NCBI RefSeq assembly: GCF_000025685.1
Contig: NC_013967.1
Span: forward strand, 1,440,001-1,472,000
Source of the DNA: Haloferax volcanii DS2
Lineage (GTDB): Archaea > Halobacteriota > Halobacteria > Halobacteriales > Haloferacaceae
Direction of reading: 5' to 3'
Length of the DNA: 32,000 nt
Made by a program: the position numbers and the translations under genes. Numbering within the stretch: position 1 is the stretch's first letter; each line of letters starts with the position of its first letter. Below are positions 11,074-19,299 of this stretch, piece after piece. The notes beneath the pieces were generated by a model that saw nothing but the letters and a program-made list of their open reading frames with translations, searched no databases and was not told the DNA's origin.

Positions 11074-11892
11074 TTAGTCGAGACTGAGGCCCGCGTGCCA
11101 GCGGTCGACGCCCGCCTCACGCTTGACTTCGTCCATCTTCGCGAGGAGGTGGACCGCGAGGCTGGCGGTCTCGGCCGCGCGCGATTCGCCTTCGGTGCGG
11201 AACTCGCCGGTGACGCGGTTCGCGTACACCGAGCAGACGGCCCCCGCGCGGAGGCCGTAGACGTTGGCGATGGTCAGGAGCGCCGCGGCCTCCATCTCGA
11301 TGTTCTTCACGTTCGCCTCGCGGAGTTCCTCGACCAGCGAGTCGGAGCCGGCGGCGCGGAAGCCCTCGAAGCCGGGGCGACCCTGCCCCGCGTAGAAGGA
11401 GTCGGCGCTCATCGTGAGGCCGACGTGGTAGTCGTAGCCGAGTCGTTCCGCGGCCGCGACGAGCGCCGAGACGACCTCGTGGTCGGCGACGGCGGGGTAG
11501 TCCTCTCGGACGTACTCCTTGGAGGTGCCCTCCTGTCGGACCGCGCCCGAAGTGATGACGAGGTCGCCCACGTCCATTTCGGGCTGAATCGCGCCGCAGG
11601 AGCCGACGCGGATGAAGGTGTCCGCGCCGACGCGGGCGAGTTCCTCCACGGCGATGGCAGCCGAGGGACTCCCGATGCCCGTCGAGGTAACCGAAATCGG
11701 CGTCCCGTCGTAACTGCCCGTGGCGGTCCGGTACTCGCGGTGGGAGGCCTTCTCCTCGTGGTCGTCCCACAGCGCCGTCACCTTGTCCACGCGCTCGGGG
11801 TTCCCCGGGAGCAACACCGCGTCGGCGAGGTCCGCGGGACCGACTTCGAGGTGGTACTGGACCTCGTCGTTCGGGTCCTCACTGTCGTTCAT
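11074..11892 (-). CDS. udp: Uridine phosphorylase (PNP/UDP family 1 nucleoside phosphorylase)
   Basis: 272 aa. Contains STGIGSPSAAI, RVGSCGA and EMEAAAL. Pyrimidine versus purine specificity is inferred partly from adjacency to cdd. Confidence 0.75.
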   Translation of the reverse strand: MNDSEDPNDEVQYHLEVGPADLADAVLLPGNPERVDKVTALWDDHEEKASHREYRTATGSYDGTPISVTSTGIGSPSAAIAVEELARVGADTFIRVGSCGAIQPEMDVGDLVITSGAVRQEGTSKEYVREDYPAVADHEVVSALVAAAERLGYDYHVGLTMSADSFYAGQGRPGFEGFRAAGSDSLVEELREANVKNIEMEAAALLTIANVYGLRAGAVCSVYANRVTGEFRTEGESRAAETASLAVHLLAKMDEVKREAGVDRWHAGLSLD

Positions 11893-11896
11893 GGCA

Positions 11897-13096
11897 TTAC
11901 TCGCGGGCCACCGATGGAAATTCTTGCGTTCTCCGAGGGGTCATCGCGGGCGTCGTCGCGTTTCCCGCCGTCTCGCCCGCGAGACCGCGCCACGCCCGGT
12001 CGTCGGCGGGGTCGCCGTCGCGGAACGGCGGCGGGAGGTCGGCTCTCTCGTCGGCCGCAAACAGGTAGCCGAGTCCCGCGCCGACGTACCAGTCGACCAG
12101 CGACGGGGCGAGGTCGGCGTCCACGACGAGGTCGCCGCCGGTGTACCACTCCAGCGCCGCGTCGTCGTCGGCGTCGACGCCGGTCCGCCGCCAGCGCACG
12201 CCAGAGCCGCCGTCGCGGAACGCCGACACCGAGAGCGTCACGTCCGCCATCTCGGGGTTGGAGACGCGTTCGAACGAGAGGTTCGCGGGCGCGACGCCGT
12301 CGGCCCCGCCCTCGTAGTACGACAGCGCGTGGTCGATTTCGGCCTCGTGGGTCGCCCGCTCGCCGGGCGAGACGTTCGAGAGGTCGACGTGGACCGCGAC
12401 GGTTCGCTCGCGGAAGGGCGACTCCCGCTCGCCGGCGTCCGGTTCCGGCAGTCGCGTCGTCTCGACGCGCTCGGACAGCACGGGAAACGCGTCGGCGTCG
12501 TCGTGGGTCAGCCCGAGTAGGTGGCCGAACTCGTGTTTCAGAACCATCTGGGTCGTCTCGTCGTCGTAGCCGACGGCGACGACCACCGTGACCGGCTCCG
12601 TCGGCGCGGTCGGGTCGTCGCCGTCCAAGAGGGGCGCACAGCCGACCGCGTCCGCGCCGGCGTCGTCGCCGCAGCCGTCGATTCGCTCGACGACCGAGAC
12701 GGTCACGTCCGGGTCCGAACTGTTCGGTCTCACGACGAACGCCGGGTCGTAGGCGACCGCCGACGCGTTCGCCCGCCAGTAGTCGACCGCCGATTCGACG
12801 AGCGAGGCGTAGTCGCGGCCGTCCGCGGGCGCGTCGACGCCGACGACGACGGGCGCGTGCCCCCACGGGTTGTCGGCGGTGTCGGCGGGACGCGTCTCCG
12901 ACGCCGACGACCCGGTTCCGCCGACGGCGGCCGAGACGGCTCCGTTGTCGCCGTCGCTCGCGTCGGCCGACGGGGCACCGAGAGCAGCGTCTACGACCGG
13001 CGGTGACGGCGATGAGGACGTACACCCCGAGAGTACCACGAGCAGGACGAGCGCGAGCGCGAGCGGGGCGATTCCGCGGTCGGCGGCGGGCGACAC
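11897..13096 (-). CDS. Secreted lipoprotein with metzincin-type zinc-metalloprotease motif
   Basis: 399 aa with a GTG start. Signal plus lipobox IAPLALALVLLVVLSGC, Ser/Pro/Asp linker, HEFGHLLGLTHDD (HExxHxxGxxH). Gaps are 1 nt after the cdd stop and 4 nt before the udp ATG. Confidence 0.75.
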   Translation of the reverse strand: MSPAADRGIAPLALALVLLVVLSGCTSSSPSPPVVDAALGAPSADASDGDNGAVSAAVGGTGSSASETRPADTADNPWGHAPVVVGVDAPADGRDYASLVESAVDYWRANASAVAYDPAFVVRPNSSDPDVTVSVVERIDGCGDDAGADAVGCAPLLDGDDPTAPTEPVTVVVAVGYDDETTQMVLKHEFGHLLGLTHDDADAFPVLSERVETTRLPEPDAGERESPFRERTVAVHVDLSNVSPGERATHEAEIDHALSYYEGGADGVAPANLSFERVSNPEMADVTLSVSAFRDGGSGVRWRRTGVDADDDAALEWYTGGDLVVDADLAPSLVDWYVGAGLGYLFAADERADLPPPFRDGDPADDRAWRGLAGETAGNATTPAMTPRRTQEFPSVARE

Positions 13097-13097
13097 G

Positions 13098-13520
13098 TTA
13101 CTCGTCGGCGTCGCGCTTCGCCGCGGCGGCTTCCAGCGTGTCCAGCGAGATGGTGTTCGGGAGGAGTTCGCCCAGCGTGTACTCGGCCACGTCGTCGCCG
13201 CCGAGGTCGCAGACGACCGGGAGGTCCTCGTCGCAGAACTCCGCGAGCGTCTGGCGGCACATCCCGCAGGGGGTGACGCCGTCGCGCGCCCCCGAGGTGA
13301 CGACGAGGCGGTCGAACTCGGTGTGACCGTTCTTCACGGCCTCCGCGACGGCGACTTCCTCGGCGTGGAGGCTGTTGGAGTAGTTCGCGTTCTCGATGTT
13401 ACAGCCGACGTAGACCTCGCCGTCGGCGGTCCTGAGCGCCGCTCCGACGGTGTACTCAGAGTAGGGAACGTAGGCGTTGTCGAGCGCTTCGCGGGCGCGT
13501 TCGACGAGTGCTTCGGGCAT
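13098..13520 (-). CDS. cdd: Cytidine deaminase
   Basis: Trimmed to the ATG at 13520 (MPEALVERAREALDNAYVPYS...), 140 aa. Zn and catalytic motifs HAEEVA and PCGMCRQ. The track ORF extension to 13772 has no homology-like sequence and overlaps the divergent gene. Confidence 0.9.
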   Translation of the reverse strand: MPEALVERAREALDNAYVPYSEYTVGAALRTADGEVYVGCNIENANYSNSLHAEEVAVAEAVKNGHTEFDRLVVTSGARDGVTPCGMCRQTLAEFCDEDLPVVCDLGGDDVAEYTLGELLPNTISLDTLEAAAAKRDADE

Positions 13521-13667
13521 TGGGCGCTCATTCGCGTGGGGTGGCTTAGTTCGTTCGGCTCCCCGAGACTGTCGCCTCGGCCGGCAGACGCTGGCGGCGG
13601 CTCCGGGGGGCACCGCCAATCGCGTCGTCCCGCAAGCGACTATACGGCGCGGCCCTAACGCGGCGTC

Positions 13668-13922
13668 GTGAACGACACATCCGGCGGACGACGAATCCTG
13701 CTCCTCGTCGGCGCGAGCGTCGTAGTCATCTCGGGCATCCTCGGCCTCTTCATCGGTGAGAACGGCGGCCAAGTCGCCGCCGAGATATCGCTGTTCGGCG
13801 TCCTCTCGCTGCCGACAAGTCCCCTCGCCTTCAGCCTCTACGGGATGGTGCTCTCGGCCGCTCTCCTCGGGGTGCTGTTCGGACTCGTCGAGTACGCCTC
13901 GCGCGTGGAGAACGCGCGGTAA
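13668..13922 (+). CDS. Small membrane protein (2 predicted TM helices), unknown function
   Basis: 84 aa with a GTG start. ACTATA lies 25-30 nt upstream. Hydrophobic segments ILLLVGASVVVISGILGLFI and YGMVLSAALLGVLFGLV. Confidence 0.5.
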   Translation: MNDTSGGRRILLLVGASVVVISGILGLFIGENGGQVAAEISLFGVLSLPTSPLAFSLYGMVLSAALLGVLFGLVEYASRVENAR

Positions 13923-14018
13923 GTCGGCGTCGCTCGCCGCGGACGCGGGGGCGTATCGACCGTGGAACCCCGACCGGAAGGCGGACCGTTTTTGCTCGTC
14001 GGGCCCCGACGGACCCGC

Positions 14019-14288
14019 ATGGACGCGCCCTCGTCGACCACGACCTCGGACGCCTCGGCCGGCGACGCCTCACCCGGCCCGCTCCCGGAAGAGACGGGCG
14101 GCAAGAACCGCAAGCGCGCCGCGCTGGCGACCGCGCCGTTCCTCGCGCTCGGACTGGCCGACGTGGTACTCATCCTCCTGCAAGGGCTCGAACCGCTCTG
14201 GGGCTTCGCCATCCTCCCGCCGATTCTGTTTTGTAGCGTGCTGACCTGGATCGTCTTCAGCACCGACTTCCTCGACGACCGGACCTGA
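14019..14288 (+). CDS. Small membrane protein, unknown function
   Basis: Trimmed to the ATG at 14019 (MDAPSSTTTSD...), 89 aa. Two hydrophobic segments. TTTTTG lies about 26-31 nt upstream. Confidence 0.5.
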   Translation: MDAPSSTTTSDASAGDASPGPLPEETGGKNRKRAALATAPFLALGLADVVLILLQGLEPLWGFAILPPILFCSVLTWIVFSTDFLDDRT

Positions 14289-14300
14289 GTCGGACCCGGC

Positions 14301-14882
14301 TCAGCGCCGCAGATTCGTCGAGTACTTCGTCGGCGTCTCCTCGTCGTAGCCGAAGTCCTCGGCGGTCAGTTCGGGTTCGGCGTCCCCGGCGCTCGCGGGC
14401 GCGGCGGCCTTGAACCGCTCGCGGAGGCGCTCGGGCATCGAAAACGCCTCGCGGTCGAGTCGGAGCGCGATGGCGTCGCCGTCGGCTTCCCTGACCCGGT
14501 CGAGTCGCTGCCGCGGCCCCTCGGGGAGGTCCTCGGCGTCGACCGCCTCGAAGCCGAACTGCGCGCAGTAGCCGTGGTCCGAGGTGAAGCCGTAGACGGT
14601 GTCGAAGTCTTCGGCGGCGGCGCGGTCGACCAGTCGCTCGACGACGTGCGCGCCGACGCCCTGTCCGCGCCACCGCTCCGAGACGCCGACGCAGGTGAGT
14701 TCGCAGAACGGCTCGTCGGTCTTGTGGACCCGGATGCGCCCGAAGCCCGCCTTCTCGCCGGACTCCTCGTCGAGCGCGATGACGTAATCGCGGGACCGGA
14801 AGGAGCCGTCGTCGAGTCCGAGTTCGTCCAGCGAGTCGAGCAACCAGACCTCGTCTCGGTTCTTCGCGTCTCGGACGTACAT
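14301..14882 (-). CDS. GNAT-family N-acetyltransferase with ~55-aa acidic C-terminal extension
   Basis: Trimmed to the ATG at 14882 (MYVRDAKNRDEVW...). Acetyl-CoA motif A is RGQGVGAHVVERL. TTTTTG (minus sense) lies 24-29 nt upstream. Confidence 0.8.
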   Translation of the reverse strand: MYVRDAKNRDEVWLLDSLDELGLDDGSFRSRDYVIALDEESGEKAGFGRIRVHKTDEPFCELTCVGVSERWRGQGVGAHVVERLVDRAAAEDFDTVYGFTSDHGYCAQFGFEAVDAEDLPEGPRQRLDRVREADGDAIALRLDREAFSMPERLRERFKAAAPASAGDAEPELTAEDFGYDEETPTKYSTNLRR

Positions 14883-15005
14883 GTCTACCCCTAGCACACC
14901 GGCCGACAAAAACGCCTCGGGCCGGGCCGCCGATGGCCGTCGCGTCCGTCGAACTCAACGAAAGAACAGTAAAGATTCATGGTTCCGGTCGCGGTAGCTC
15001 GGTTC

Positions 15006-17012
15006 ATGGACGTACCCGACACCGACACCGTGGTGCACGAACCGGACCCGGCGTTCGTCGAGGACGCCAACGTCACCCGCTTCATGCGGGAACACGACAT
15101 CGAGGACTACGACGAGCTCATCGAGCGAACGACGACCGAGGTGCCGGGCGTCGGTGCCTCGGGCGTCGAGTGGTTCTGGGACGAGCTCGTCGACTACCTC
15201 GACGTTGACTTCTACGAGGAGTACGACGCGGTCCGCGACGACTCGGAGGGGCCGCAGTTCTCCCGCTGGTACCCCGGCGGCGAGATAAACGTCGCCCACA
15301 ACACCCTCGACCGCCACGCCGCGGTCGGTTCCGGGAACCGGAACCGCGTCGCCTGCATCTGGGAGGGCGAAGGCGGCGAGGTCGTCCAGCGGACCTACCA
15401 CGACCTCTACCGCGAGGCCAACCGCGTCGCCAACGTCCTCGAATCGTACGGCGTCGAGACCGGCGATACCGTCGGGCTCTACATGCCGATGGTCCCCGAG
15501 GTCATCTCTATCCTCTACGGCTGTTTCAAGGTCGGCGCGATAGCCGTCCCCATCTTCTCCGGCTTCGGCGTCGACGCCACCGCGACCCGCCTCGCAGACC
15601 CCGAGTGCTCGGTGCTTTTCACCGCCGACGGCTTCTACCGCCGCGGCTCCGAGGTCCGACTGAAACCGACCGCCGACGAGGCCATCGAGGAAGCGGGCTG
15701 CGTCGAGAACGTCGTCGTCTACCGGCGGTTCGGTGACGAGGGCGATGAGAGCGACGCCGACGTGCCGTGGACCGAGGGCCGCGACGAGTGGTGGGGCGAC
15801 ACCGTCGGCGCGGCCGACTCCGAGTACGAAACCAAACGCCTGCCGTCGGACGCCGAGTCGATGCTGCTGTACTCCTCGGGAACGACCGGCAAGCCGAAAG
15901 GCATCGTCCACACCCACGCGGGCGTCCAGATGCAGACCGCCAAGGAGATTCACTTCGGCTTCGACCAGAAGCCCGAAGACCGCTTCTTCTGGGTCTCCGA
16001 CATCGGCTGGATGATGGGCCCGTGGACGCTCATCGGTAACCACACCTTCGCCGGCACCATCTTCATGTACGAGGGCGCGCCAGACTACCCGAACCCGGAC
16101 CGCTTCTGGGAGATGATAGAGCGCCACCGCATCACCACCTTCGGCATCTCGCCGACGGCCATCCGAGCCCTGCGGAAGTACGGCGACGAGGAGGTCGAGA
16201 AACACGACCTGTCGAGCCTCCGCCTGCTCGGGTCGACCGGCGAGCCGTGGGACCCCGAGTCGTGGCAGTGGTTCTACGAACACGTCGGCGGCGGCGAGGC
16301 ACCCATCATCAACATCTCCGGCGGCACCGAAATCTGCGGCTGTTTCCTCATGCCGATGCCGACCCAACCGCTCAAACCCTGCTCGCTCGGCGGCCCCGGC
16401 CTCGGGATGGACATCGACATCGCGGACTCCTCGGGCGAGTCCATCGCCGACAGCCACGAGCGGGGCTTCCTCGTCGCCCGCGACTCCTGCCCGTCGATGA
16501 CCAAGAGCCTCTGGGAGGGCGACGACCGCTACCTCGACACCTACTGGTCGTCGTGGGACGGCCTCTGGGACCACGGCGACTGGGCGCAGAAAGACGAAGA
16601 CGGCTTTTGGTTCCTCCACGGCCGCGCCGACGACGCGCTCAACGTGGCCGGCCGCAAGGTCGGCCCCGCCGAGGTCGAAGGCGCGCTCATCGAACACGAC
16701 GCGGTGAACCAGGCCGCCGCGGTCGGCGTCCCCGACGACACCACCGGGACGGCCGTCGTCGCCTACGTCGTCCTAGAAGACGGTATCGACGAGAGCGACG
16801 ACCTCCGCGAGGAGCTTCGGGGCGTCGTCGGCGACGAGTTGGGCAAGCCGTTCCGCCCACGGGAAATCCTGTTCGTCGACGAGTTCCCGAAGACGCAGTC
16901 GGGCAAAATCATCCGCCGCGCCATCGCCTCCATCTACGCGGGCGAGGACCTCGGTGACATGAGCAGCATCGAGAATCCCGAGTCGCTCGAAAAGATAGAA
17001 AACGCATCCTGA
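15006..17012 (+). CDS. AMP-forming acetyl/acyl-CoA synthetase (ACS family)
   Basis: 668 aa from the ATG at 15006; the track start 14979 lies upstream of the likely TSS. Has A3 motif YSSGTTGKPKG, A10 PKTQSGKIIRR and a long ACS-type N-terminal domain. Substrate not determinable from sequence by eye. Confidence 0.9.
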   Translation: MDVPDTDTVVHEPDPAFVEDANVTRFMREHDIEDYDELIERTTTEVPGVGASGVEWFWDELVDYLDVDFYEEYDAVRDDSEGPQFSRWYPGGEINVAHNTLDRHAAVGSGNRNRVACIWEGEGGEVVQRTYHDLYREANRVANVLESYGVETGDTVGLYMPMVPEVISILYGCFKVGAIAVPIFSGFGVDATATRLADPECSVLFTADGFYRRGSEVRLKPTADEAIEEAGCVENVVVYRRFGDEGDESDADVPWTEGRDEWWGDTVGAADSEYETKRLPSDAESMLLYSSGTTGKPKGIVHTHAGVQMQTAKEIHFGFDQKPEDRFFWVSDIGWMMGPWTLIGNHTFAGTIFMYEGAPDYPNPDRFWEMIERHRITTFGISPTAIRALRKYGDEEVEKHDLSSLRLLGSTGEPWDPESWQWFYEHVGGGEAPIINISGGTEICGCFLMPMPTQPLKPCSLGGPGLGMDIDIADSSGESIADSHERGFLVARDSCPSMTKSLWEGDDRYLDTYWSSWDGLWDHGDWAQKDEDGFWFLHGRADDALNVAGRKVGPAEVEGALIEHDAVNQAAAVGVPDDTTGTAVVAYVVLEDGIDESDDLREELRGVVGDELGKPFRPREILFVDEFPKTQSGKIIRRAIASIYAGEDLGDMSSIENPESLEKIENAS

Positions 17013-17013
17013 A

Positions 17014-17026
17014 GCGGTTTTTCCGC
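17014..17026 (+). terminator. GCGG-TTTTT-CCGC hairpin/T5 in the 20-nt gap between the convergent acs-family and symporter genes
   Basis: Read directly, 2 nt after the TGA stop. Confidence 0.5.
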
Positions 17027-17032
17027 CTTCGT

Positions 17033-18340
17033 TCAGTCGGACAGCGCCGCGCCGACGCCGTCGTTCCACGCGTCGGCGGTGAAGTCGACCGCGTCGTTCC
17101 ACGTGGCGACGACCGTCGTCACCGCGAGGTCGCCGGTCACGTTCACCATCGTCCGGATGCGGTCGAGGATTGGGTCGACGCCGGCGACGAGCCCCACGAT
17201 TTCGAGCGGCAGGCCGAGTTGCGTCAAGACGAGCGTGAGCATGATGAGCCCCGACCCGGGCACACCGGCGGTGCCGATGCTCGCCAGCACGGCCACCGCG
17301 ACGACCGCGAACTGGTCGACCAGAGAGAGGTTCACGCCGACGATGTTCGCCGCGAAGATGGCCGCGACGCCCTGGTACATCGCCGTGCCGTCCATGTTGA
17401 TGGTCGCGCCGAGCGGGAGGGTAAAGCCGTAGATGCGCTCTTCGATGCCGAGGTTCTCGTCCGCGTCGGACATCGTCACCGGGAGCGTCCCGGACGACGA
17501 CCGGATGCTCAGCGCGGTCACCATCGCGTCGCGCGCTCCGGAGAGGAACGCGACCGGCGACCGCCCCGCGACGCCGACGACGAACGTGCCGAGGTAGACG
17601 AGCCCGATGTGGACGACGGCCGCGAGGAGCATCGTTCCGATGAGGAGCGCGAACGGGAGAATTGCGTCCACGCCGGCGGTGCCGAAGACGTTGGCCATCA
17701 GCGCGAAGACGCCGAGAACGCCGAACTCCATCGCCCCCCAGACGACCTTGTACATCGCTTCCGCGCCGGCGTCAGCGAGGTCGAAGAACGTCTCGATGCC
17801 GCGTTTGACCTGCTCGTCGTCGGTCTCTTCCCACGCCAGCGTGAGGCCGAGGCCGAACACGACGACGAAGAAGATGGTCGGCAACACGCCACCGTCGGCC
17901 ATCGCGCCCACTGGGTTCGTCGGGACGACGTTGAGGACGACTTCGACGGCGTCGGGGGCCTCGGCGCTCTGTGCCTCGGCACCGGCGAGCAGTTCTTCGA
18001 GCCCGCGGGAGCCGGGGGAGACGAGGTTGCTCACCCCGAGTCCGATGGCGACCGCAAACGCGGACGTGAGCGCGTACAGCCCCACGACTTGCGCGCCGAC
18101 GCGACCGAGCGACGACGGCGAGAGCTGCCGGACGCCCATCAGGAGCGTGAACACCACGATGGGGACGATGAGCATCTTCAGCAGTCGGACGAACAGGTCA
18201 CCGACCGGTTTCAAGGCCGTCGCGGGTTCGCCGACGACGAGGCCGACGAGCGACCCGAGGACGAACGCGACCCCGATTCGGTAGACGATGCCGACCGAAC
18301 GATACCGGTTCCAGAGAGATACGATGCCAGACTGTGACAT
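17033..18340 (-). CDS. Dicarboxylate/amino acid:cation symporter (DAACS, GltP/DctA-like)
   Basis: Trimmed to the ATG at 18340 (MSQSGIVSLW...); the track start 18355 is a GTG. Family signatures SIRSSSGTLP and GATINMDGTAMYQG. Confidence 0.85.
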   Translation of the reverse strand: MSQSGIVSLWNRYRSVGIVYRIGVAFVLGSLVGLVVGEPATALKPVGDLFVRLLKMLIVPIVVFTLLMGVRQLSPSSLGRVGAQVVGLYALTSAFAVAIGLGVSNLVSPGSRGLEELLAGAEAQSAEAPDAVEVVLNVVPTNPVGAMADGGVLPTIFFVVVFGLGLTLAWEETDDEQVKRGIETFFDLADAGAEAMYKVVWGAMEFGVLGVFALMANVFGTAGVDAILPFALLIGTMLLAAVVHIGLVYLGTFVVGVAGRSPVAFLSGARDAMVTALSIRSSSGTLPVTMSDADENLGIEERIYGFTLPLGATINMDGTAMYQGVAAIFAANIVGVNLSLVDQFAVVAVAVLASIGTAGVPGSGLIMLTLVLTQLGLPLEIVGLVAGVDPILDRIRTMVNVTGDLAVTTVVATWNDAVDFTADAWNDGVGAALSD

Positions 18341-18390
18341 GCAACGTGTTTGCACTAACGATACAGCCGGACTATAAATATAGCGGTGAA

Positions 18391-18444
18391 AATTCCGAAT
18401 TTAACACCGAGATAGAATTCAATCTCAAATCCGAATTAATAGTT
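18391..18444. repeat. Three degenerate 18-bp units, each centred on GAATT, inside a ~38% GC spacer
   Basis: Units are aattccGAATTtaacacc / gagataGAATTcaatctc / aaatccGAATTaatagtt, with GAATT at 18397, 18415 and 18433. Palindrome CTATAAATATAG is at 18372-18383. Confidence 0.55.
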
Positions 18445-18483
18445 GGAGCTTTCGGTGACGTCTCTCCACCCTACGCGTCGTGG

Positions 18484-19191
18484 TCACCACACGTCGTCGG
18501 GCGCGAGCGCGACCGACTCGGGGACCCCGCCGCCGACGGCGAGCGCCGCTTCGACGGCCTCGTCGTCCACGGGAATCCGAACCGTGCCGCCGGCCAAAAG
18601 CGGCGCGAGCACGCCGGCGACGACGGTTCCGGGGTGAGAAAGCGACGACCGGACCGCGACCGTGTCGCCCGCTTCGAGGTCGAAGTCAGCGACGACCTCG
18701 CGGGCCGCGTCGAGCAGGTCGCCGTGAGTGAACTCGCGGTCGTCAGCGACGAGCGCCGGGTCGGCGGGCGAGACGACTTCCGGGTGGACCGCGGGGTTCT
18801 CGCTCCAGACCTCCTGTTCCCAGTGGGTCGTCGCGGGCGAACTCGGCGGGCCGCCGAACACGGCGAGTTTCTGCCCCGGCGGCAGGTCCTCGAATGCTTC
18901 CTCGCTGTCGACGGGAACGACGGTCGCCCGCGCCTCCACTGCGGGGTCGAACGCCGTCACCGCGCCGAGTTGGGCCGCCCCGAGGAACGTCAACAGCGGT
19001 TCGGGGAGCGGCGCCGGGTCGACCGCGACGCGAGCGCCCTTGCGGACGCCGAGGTAGCGGAGGACGTTCCCGGCCTTGTACGAGGTCGTGATGAGGTCGT
19101 GGTACGTGTAGGTCCGGCCGGGGCCGTCGACCCGGAGCGCGAGTCGGTCGCTCCGCCGGTCGCGGGCCATGAGGTCACCGATAACGTCCAT
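18484..19191 (-). CDS. Truncated, P-loop-less homologue of the N-terminal domain of adenylate-forming (acyl-CoA synthetase/ANL) enzymes
   Basis: 235 aa. RTYTYHDLITTSYKAGNVLRYLGVRKGARVAV (A1/A2-like), FTHGDLL and GDTVAVRSSLSHPGTVVAGVLAPLLAGGTV (A4/A5-like). There is no SGTTGxPKG motif and no C-terminal subdomain. Confidence 0.7.
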   Translation of the reverse strand: MDVIGDLMARDRRSDRLALRVDGPGRTYTYHDLITTSYKAGNVLRYLGVRKGARVAVDPAPLPEPLLTFLGAAQLGAVTAFDPAVEARATVVPVDSEEAFEDLPPGQKLAVFGGPPSSPATTHWEQEVWSENPAVHPEVVSPADPALVADDREFTHGDLLDAAREVVADFDLEAGDTVAVRSSLSHPGTVVAGVLAPLLAGGTVRIPVDDEAVEAALAVGGGVPESVALAPDDVW

Positions 19192-19210
19192 GGCCGGTCG
19201 TAGGGAGTCG

Positions 19211-19230
19211 GCGCGAAAAAAGCCCCCGAG
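19211..19230 (-). terminator. T6 run (minus sense GGGGGCTTTTTTCGCGC) downstream of the cupin gene; it may double as a TATA-like element about 25-30 nt upstream of the 18484..19191 gene
   Basis: A6 on the + strand at 19216-19221. Confidence 0.45.
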
Positions 19231-19299
19231 GCGTGCTCGCGGTTCGAGAACGCGGGGGAGTCCAGGCGAGCAGCGCCGAGACGACGCCGGCGCGACGAC

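Noticed and set aside
11017-13025. Arg/Pro-rich ORFs (11017..12591 +, 11889..13025 -, 11117..11770 -) overlapping udp and the metzincin lipoprotein gene.
   Set aside because: These are off-frame readings of GC-rich coding sequence. Extreme Arg/Pro/Gly composition is atypical for the acidic haloarchaeal proteome. The in-frame genes have clear motifs.
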